Source of the DNA: Octopus bimaculoides
Lineage: Eukaryota
Direction: 5' to 3'
Length of the DNA stretch: 40,953 bases
Assembly: GCF_001194135.2 (NCBI RefSeq)
Contig: NC_068985.1
Location: forward strand, 19,627,801-19,668,753
Below the pieces are notes generated by a model that was given only the letters and a program-made list of their open reading frames with translations, ran no database searches and was not told the origin of the DNA. How positions within the stretch are numbered: position 1 is the first letter of the stretch; each line of letters begins with the position of its first letter. This document shows, one piece after another, positions 34,410 to 40,953 of this stretch. Made by a program: the position numbers and the translations under genes.

Positions 34410-36170
34410 CTAACAATAACTGGAACAAATTATTTGACATTACTATGGGATCATCCGACTCCGCCCAAATCACCGACCTCGTCGGCCTATACATACTCCA
34501 CCAGCTCCAAATACATTTCTCTAACATCAAGGGAGGCTTATACAGAGATGACGCCTTGCTAGTCACCAAGAGCTTAAATAAATCCTCTTTAGAACGAATT
34601 AGGAAAGATCTATACAAATTTTTCTCTAGCCTCAATGTATCTATTATTTTGAAAATTCCTACAAAACCATTAATTTTCTAGACATAAATTTAAACATACA
34701 AACCTCCCAATACTCCCCATATAACAAACCTAAACAATACCTCAAGTCCTTAAACATTAATTCCAATCACCACAAATCCACCTTTGATAATATAGTTAAG
34801 GGTATCTCAATTCGTATATCTGACCGTTCATCTACTGAGGAAATATTCGATAACCACGCTCCACATTACAACCAAGCGCTCGCTGCCAGCGGCTTCTCCC
34901 AACAAATAAAATATATCCCTAATACTAGGCTCAAGCAACATATATCTCAAATCATATTACAACGACATGCCAACCACCAGAATCACAACAGACCTCACAT
35001 ACACTATACTAGAACACAAGAAGAACCTAGATTAGGACAACTTAGACCCCATGCACACCCACACATATATATATAACACTAGGTCAAAAGCTAAAACAGC
35101 TAACAATAACGGGCCATATTACCCACCTCTAATTTCTAAAAATATAGATAACACTGCCCTTAAGCAACCAAAAAAGTAGTGGACACTCTATTCTATGGTA
35201 TACACCCCCTTCTCATTAAACCTTAAGAACTTAGCTAAATCCTTTTTTAATATACTCGACTCCAACTTTCTTCGTCAACGTAAATATTACTCTATTTTTA
35301 ATAGATCTACCTTAAAGCTATCCTACTCCTCCCCGCCCAACTTTGAGTCTACCATAACAACCTCTAATAAACGAAAACTTTCTATTATCAAAACCTACAT
35401 TATAACAACTTTGAATACACGAGCGCCCAACGTATACATAGCTCCAATATCGAACCCTATACTTTAGTCCACAACAGAAACCCTACCAATCCCAATAACA
35501 CTACCCAGAATACTACTACCACAACTTCCGCCACTATTACAGGTAGGATAAATGACAGCAACGATAGAAATAGTAATGATAGTAAAAATAATGTTAATAA
35601 CATAGACCACTCTACCCCTATCTCCAACCTCTCTTCTGACAGTATTACTCCCTCCATACCTGAGAATAATCCCCACAATGCACTACCATGTAACTGCTGT
35701 CCTGAGACCATCTGCCCTCTACAAGCCCATTACAGAAGGTCAAATGTAATTTATAAATGCACCGTCCTCAACACGTTAGACAATTCTACAACCATACATG
35801 TATATAGGATCAACTGTAAATTTTAAACAACGATACACTGCGCATCTCAGTTTTTTAGACACGCGAAACACAGTAAATCCACAACACTCGCCAGTCACAT
35901 ACATCATCTCAAAAATAGAAATATTCCTTACATCTTGTCATGGTCCAAAATAGATTCAGGGCTTCCATACCAAGGTCAACGCTCAGTCTGTAAGTTATGC
36001 CTAAAAGAGGCATTCCACATATTAAAATACAACTCTTCAATACTACTAAATAAATATAACGAGGCCCTAGGTACATGCAAGCACCGCTTTTTCCATACCT
36101 TCAAATTTTACCACAAATCTAAATGGAACCTAAATAACCACACAGTACATATCCCGAACGCCACTTAGGT
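34410..36170 (+). mobile_element. 5'-truncated Penelope-like element: RT plus C-terminal GIY-YIG endonuclease
   Basis: FDITMGSSDSAQITDLVGLYIL, GGLYRDDAL (YRDD at 34541), FLDINLN, LKLSYSSPPN, linker CNCCPETICPL, VIY (35746) ... YIG (35801), CKLCLKEAFHIL, LLNKYNEALGTCKH. Several frameshifts. Confidence 0.9.
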
Positions 36171-36283
36171 AAGCCCCAACAACCCAATTTGACTTTCCAT
36201 TAATTTTTTAACTCTCCAATGTTATTTTAATAGTTTAATACTACACATATGGATATGGTTATGTGTACGTATGCGGATGTATA

Positions 36284-36323
<40 letters not shown>

Positions 36324-36407
36324 CGTGTATGTATGTGTACGTGTGCATATATGGGTGTATATGTACGCACAGGTATGCGTATATGCATGTATTTATGGGT
36401 ATGCGTG

Positions 36408-36441
<34 letters not shown>

Positions 36442-36984
36442 CATTTCTGCTCTACCGGTCACTCTTTACAATACCTGTCTGTGTTCGGATTGTCCTTGCA
36501 CAGGGGCCATCCGGACTCCCGTCTTCGCCGTGAGCAGGGATTAATCTTCTCTCTTCGCTCCTTTGCGCCACATGGGCTCAACTCTCTTCCCCTCTTCATC
36601 TAATCCTCCTCTCCTCCCTCCTTTCTTCCTCTCACACCCACTTGCTCTCACCCACCTCTCCTCTCTTGCTCTGGCACCTACTTCCTCTCTTCACTCCTAC
36701 CACCTTCTTCCTTCCTCCTCTCCATTCATCGTCACCCCTTCCTCGTTACCCCACCCCTACACATGCGCACACGCACACGTCAATGTCACCAGCCCCCTTC
36801 TACACGCACGCATACGCTCTCACTTTTCACTTTTTTTCTTCACTTCCATGATGTATTGGGTAAAAAGTAGAAAAGGCATCCAAAAGAGACACAGGAACCA
36901 ACTGAAAAAAATCGTGGAAAGCGAACCAAAGAAGTTGGAGGAACCGATGGAATGGTTGTACGATATGTTCCAAGTACCAACGCT

Positions 36985-37121
36985 ATTGTACCACATGGTT
37001 CCAGGTTCAGTCCCACTGCGTGGAACCTTGGGCAAGTGTCTTCTACTATAGCCTCGGGCCGACCAAAGCCTTGTGAGTGGATTTGGTAGACGGAAACTGA
37101 AAGAAGCCCGTCGTATATATG

Positions 37122-37174
<53 letters not shown>

Positions 37175-37363
37175 CTGTGTTTGTCCCCCCAACATCGCTT
37201 GACAACCGATGCTGGTGTGTTTACGTCCCCGTAACTTAGCGGTTCGGCAAAAGAGACCGATAGAATAAGTACTAGGCTTACAAAGAATGAGTCCTGGGGT
37301 CGATTTGCTCGACTAAAGGTGGTGCTCCACAGTCAAATGACTGAAACAAGTAAAAGAGTAAAG
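36985..37363 (+). mobile_element. Family-2 SINE, low-divergence copy
   Basis: ccacatggttccaggttcagtcccactgcgtgg...ctcgggccgacc...cggttcggcaaaagagaccgatag...gactgaaacaagtaaaagag, CpGs retained. Confidence 0.9.
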
Positions 37364-37430
37364 GAATAAATACAGAAGCATTTAGGCACTTAGTAAACTT
37401 AACGACTATTTCATAACTTTCCTTTCCTAC

Positions 37431-37485
37431 CCTTCGAAGCTGAGAACTTTCGAACGCTGTCATTGAAATCGATATCTTTCGTCAA
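37431..37485 (-). CDS. Candidate 5' exon of the nuclear receptor
   Basis: Donor aagg|gtagga at 37431 is phase 1 in the frame LTKDIDFNDSVRKFSASK, giving ...SASK-G-RTLPVP. That frame has no AUG, so the call is tentative. Confidence 0.35.
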
Positions 37486-38020
37486 CTAAGTCGGTGAGTT
37501 TTCATAAAAATTTCTATCGTGAAAAGTTAACAAAAGGAAGAAAAGCACATGATAAAGATCAGCGTCATCGCCTGTTACCCCTTCCACACACACACACACA
37601 CAGTGATGACTACCTACTTACAAACAACTACAGCCGTCACCGCCTTAACAAATGTCGTCACCACCACTCTAAACAATAAAGGTCACCACCACGAATTCAC
37701 TGTCGTGATCACCAGGAACTCGAGCCAAAAAAACGCGTCCACTGGCGCCAACCAAGGTCGACTTATAAGTAGCATTACTTCCTACCCCCACCCTTCGAGA
37801 ATGGGATTGGAAACGTATCCACAACACTGGCTCCCCAGACTTGTGCGTTCCTCAGGTTACTATCCAGAATACCCATACCTCGAGATAGCGCAATCATGAT
37901 CACCGCTACCAACAATAAATAAACGCAAAGTAATAGTTACGTTTTAAATGTTAAAAGAATATAAAAGATTGCCCTGGTTTAGTTTTCGCATAAATGAAAT
38001 CAGAAAATGACTGAACAGAG

Positions 38021-38094
38021 TGGAGAATTTGGGTATCGATCCCTAGTACCTCTCGCACGCAAAGCGAGCGCTCTACCGCCTGAGCTAATTCCCC
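38021..38094 (-). tRNA. tRNA-Ala (UGC), possibly a variant or pseudogene
   Basis: GGGGAAT TA GCTC AGGCGGTA GAGC G CTCGC TTTGCGT GCGAG AGGTAC TAGGG ATCGATA CCCAA ATTCTCC A. Full cloverleaf with G3:U70 alanine identity pair and a TTTT terminator about 13 nt downstream. One extra base at the variable-loop/T-stem junction and one T-stem mismatch. Confidence 0.8.
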
Positions 38095-38428
38095 ACGGAG
38101 AATGGGGGAGGGAATCATCAAAATGTTTTAGAAATATACATTTTTGTTCAATAAAAAATAATGATTTGCAGTCATTTACTACAACTACCACCACCACCAT
38201 CATCATCAAAACCACCATAAAAAACATAAATTGTTTTGTTTTTGTTACTTGTTTCAGTCTGGAGTACTGCCTTGACGAATTTAGTCAAATTGATTCAAGT
38301 ACTTATTTTTTTTTTAAATGCCTGGTACTTATTCTTTCGATGTCTTAGGCCGAACCGCTAAACTACGGGAACGTAAACACACTAAAATCGGTTGTCAAGC
38401 GATGGTGGACACACACACACATATCTAT

Positions 38429-38749
38429 CGGTGCTACTTTGGTATGCGGTCTACATAGCCAACGTGATCTACGAGAGTCAAATTCTAATTTAGTATGCGA
38501 TCTACATATTTCATTTATTTATTACGGCTTAAATAAAACATTCTTATATTTTTATACATTTATTAAAAAAAATTAGAATGAAACAAATTTGAAACAAGTT
38601 TACTAATTTTATCGGTGAATCGAACGAACATCAGCTAGAAAAGCTGTTCTTCGTAAGTAAAACTTTTTTGTTGCAGATCACAATATAAAGTGTAGATCGC
38701 ATACCAAAGCAGTTTCATGATACGTAGATTGCATACCAAAGTAGCACCC
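38429..38749. mobile_element. 321-bp MITE with about 25-bp TIRs and subterminal repeats
   Basis: cggtgctactttggtatgcggtctac / gtagattgcataccaaagtagcaccc, extra gtatgcgatctac motifs inside both ends, flanked on both sides by atctat (38423-38428, 38750-38755). Confidence 0.8.
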
Positions 38750-39257
38750 ATCTATTTATCGATCGATCGATAGATAGATAGATAGATAGATAGATAGCTG
38801 TGTGTGTGTGTGTGTGTGTATTGTTGTATTTCGGGGTGATCTTTTTTTTTTTTTTTTTGTGTGCCAAATAACCACTTGCACTAAATATGTACACGACGTG
38901 TTTCTTTCTTAATTTCCGTCTAACAAAACTCACTAAAAAGGCTTTGGTCGTCCCGAGGTTATTGGCTGAAAAAAAAACTTACCCAAGGTGTCACGCAGTG
39001 GGACTGAACTCAGAACGATGTGGTTTGGAAGCAAACTTCTTCCCACACAGTCACGCCTGCGCTTATTACTCATGTTCACGAAATCTCTGTAAACTCTGCG
39101 GGTACATGTATTATATTAACATACAGCCTTCGCATTCTTTTTGAAAATTCGAATGTCAGCAAAGTTTTCAAGTTATTTTGACAATGTACAACAAAAATAT
39201 AATCTGTAAGTCATTTTAACTAGTTTTGTTTTCGTATTTGATTTGAAAGATACGTGG

Positions 39258-39595
39258 GGGGCTAATGCAGAATCGCATCTTTCCTCGAAAAATGCATTTT
39301 TTTGAAAAAATTTTTTCGGATACCTACGTTTTAGATGTCGGAGATTACGAATATACAGAAAAAAAAAAAACCGTTTCAAATTTCACCCCACCTCTTCATC
39401 CCCCCCCCAATTTAAAATTTTGAACTCCTTTCGAAATTCTTTTTTTAAAACCACCTTTTTCAATATGAAACTTGAAAAAATGTTTTTCTTTTTTGCATAT
39501 TCGTAATCTCCAACATCTAAAACGTAGGAATCCGATAAAAAGCTTTTCAATAAAAATGCATCTTTCAAAGAGAGGTGCGATTCTGCGTTAGCCCC
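39258..39595. mobile_element. MITE with long (about 120-bp) imperfect TIRs
   Basis: ggggctaatgcagaatcgcatct...cctacgttttagatgtcggagattacgaatat is mirrored by atattcgtaatctccaacatctaaaacgtagg...tgcgattctgcgttagcccc. No TSD visible. Confidence 0.8.
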
Positions 39596-39651
39596 GATTC
39601 ATGATGTGAAATCATGTATTGAAACAAATTTTGATGTATCTCGGGAGGGTT

Positions 39652-40025
39652 GTTGTTGGCACTCCGTCGCTTACGACGTCGAGGGTTTCAGTTGATCCGA
39701 TCAACGGAACAGCCTACTCGTGAAATTAACGTGCAAGTGGCTGAGCACTCCACAGACACGTGTACCTTTAACGTAGTTCTCGGGGATATTCAGCGTGACA
39801 CAGTGTGATAAGGCTGACTCTTTGAATTACAGGTACAACAGAAACAGAAAATAAGAGTGAGAGAAAGCTGTGGTGGAAGAGTACAGGAGGGTTCGCCCCC
39901 ACCCCCTGCCGAAGCCTCGTGCGTTTTCGCTCAATAAACACTCACAACGCCCGGTCTGGGAATCGAAACCGCGATCCTCTGGCCGCGAGTACGCTGCCCT
40001 AACCACTGGGCCAGTGCGCCTCCAC
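39652..40025 (-). mobile_element. Full-length tRNA-derived SINE (family 4) with perfect 13-bp TSD
   Basis: A-box tggcccagtgg, B-box gtttcgattcc, (AAC)n tail, TSD tctcgggagggtt at 39639-39651 and 40026-40038. Confidence 0.92.
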
Positions 40026-40164
40026 TCTCGGGAGGGTTATACTGCTAGTAATAAAAAAAAACATGCATTGTTATTAAAGACAACGTAAAAAGCTAAACGA
40101 AAGGCTGCTAAATACTTTGACGTGCTTGCGATTTTGTCCGCCTAAGCATTAGTATTGTATTGCT

Positions 40165-40500
40165 AGAAGCTTGCTTCCCAACCACACGGGCAAGTGTCTT
40201 CTGCTATAGTTTCGGGCCAACCAAAACCTCGTGAGTGGATTTGGTAGACGGAAACTGAAAAAAGCCCGTCGTATATATGTATATACCTATATGACTTTGT
40301 GTCTGTGTTTGTCCCACAATCACCGCTTGACAACCGGTGTTGGTGTGCTTACATCCCCGTAACAGCGATTCAGCAAAAAAGACTGATATAATAAGTACTA
40401 GTCTTTAAAAGATATGTCCTGGGGTCGAGTTGTTCGACTAAAACCTCTCAAGGCAATACTCCAGCATGGCCGTAGTCAGATGACTGAAACAAGTAAAAGA
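40165..40500 (+). mobile_element. Family-2 SINE with an internal deletion in the head
   Basis: gaagcttgcttcccaaccaca joins directly to cgggcaagtgtcttc, lacking the B-box segment present in other copies. Confidence 0.85.
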
Positions 40501-40726
40501 ATATGTATATATGTATGTGCGTGTGTGTACTTTTGTTATAACAACCTAGAATTAAACTGAAGAATTTTGATAGAGTACAAGTTTATTATTCTTTAACAAG
40601 AATAGTATTGATATAGTGACTTCGAAGATTCGGTCAGCTAAGCTATCATCAGACTGCACATACACATACAAATGCATGTACACACACACACATGCACACA
40701 CACGCACGCGCACACACACGCACGCA

Positions 40727-40757
<31 letters not shown>

Positions 40758-40953
40758 GTTTGTAGGCCAAAATGGGGAATTCTAAACAAATAAAATAAAA
40801 GCTGTTGGAAAGCAGAAAGCCCTGACAGAAGTAAAAGCTTTTAGAAAATTGAAAAAAACATTTTACTTTCGTCTAGATAGGTGCTAAATTCACAATGCCC
40901 GCTACCTTGTATTTATGTAATTGGTCATAAATTTGAGGAAAAGAATGTTTTTA

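Noticed and set aside
36249-36851. ORFs rich in CV, YI or HT repeats and in Ser/Pro/Leu (also at 21174, 25488, 31786, 33731, 40552)
   Set aside because: Translations of microsatellites and low-complexity pyrimidine tracts.
37780-37910. snRNA or snoRNA in the CpG-rich segment
   Set aside because: No recognisable Sm site, properly spaced C/D or H/ACA boxes, or similarity to known snRNAs.
40615-40660. Second hammerhead candidate (CTGATGA on the minus strand)
   Set aside because: No proper stem II, GAAA box or stems I and III.
1-40953. CRISPR array, rRNA, or prokaryotic or viral gene cluster
   Set aside because: No regularly spaced repeat-spacer array, rRNA-like sequence or operon-like ORF density. 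All recurring sequences are dispersed SINE/LINE copies or microsatellites.

Overview
AT-rich, microsatellite- and retroposon-dense animal genomic DNA. The SINE and RTE families resemble those I associate with Octopus; this is an inference, not a database result. No prokaryotic features or CRISPR arrays are present. The one well-supported protein-coding gene is a minus-strand nuclear receptor of the NR2E group, most like NR2E5/HR83. Six frame-consistent GT-AG exons (32748-32608, 30225-30133, 29293-28967, 24976-24762, 23849-23735, 19397-19165) encode about 374 aa: an intact DNA-binding domain and a strongly degenerate ligand-binding domain. Its start codon is unresolved. A slightly aberrant tRNA-Ala(UGC) lies upstream on the same strand. 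The rest is mostly decayed mobile DNA: a mariner, an internally deleted Gypsy element, RTE and other LINE remnants, an RLE-type (R4/Dong-like) fragment in a (TAA)n nest, a Penelope-like RT + GIY-YIG element next to a degenerate hammerhead ribozyme, at least four tRNA-derived SINE families and several MITEs. One MITE has a perfect telomeric-repeat hairpin at its centre. I did not find evidence for a wholly new multi-gene system. The best leads are the hammerhead on the receptor's sense strand, the telomeric-hairpin MITE, the degenerate receptor LBD and a CpG-rich NRF1-type promoter near 5.9 kb.
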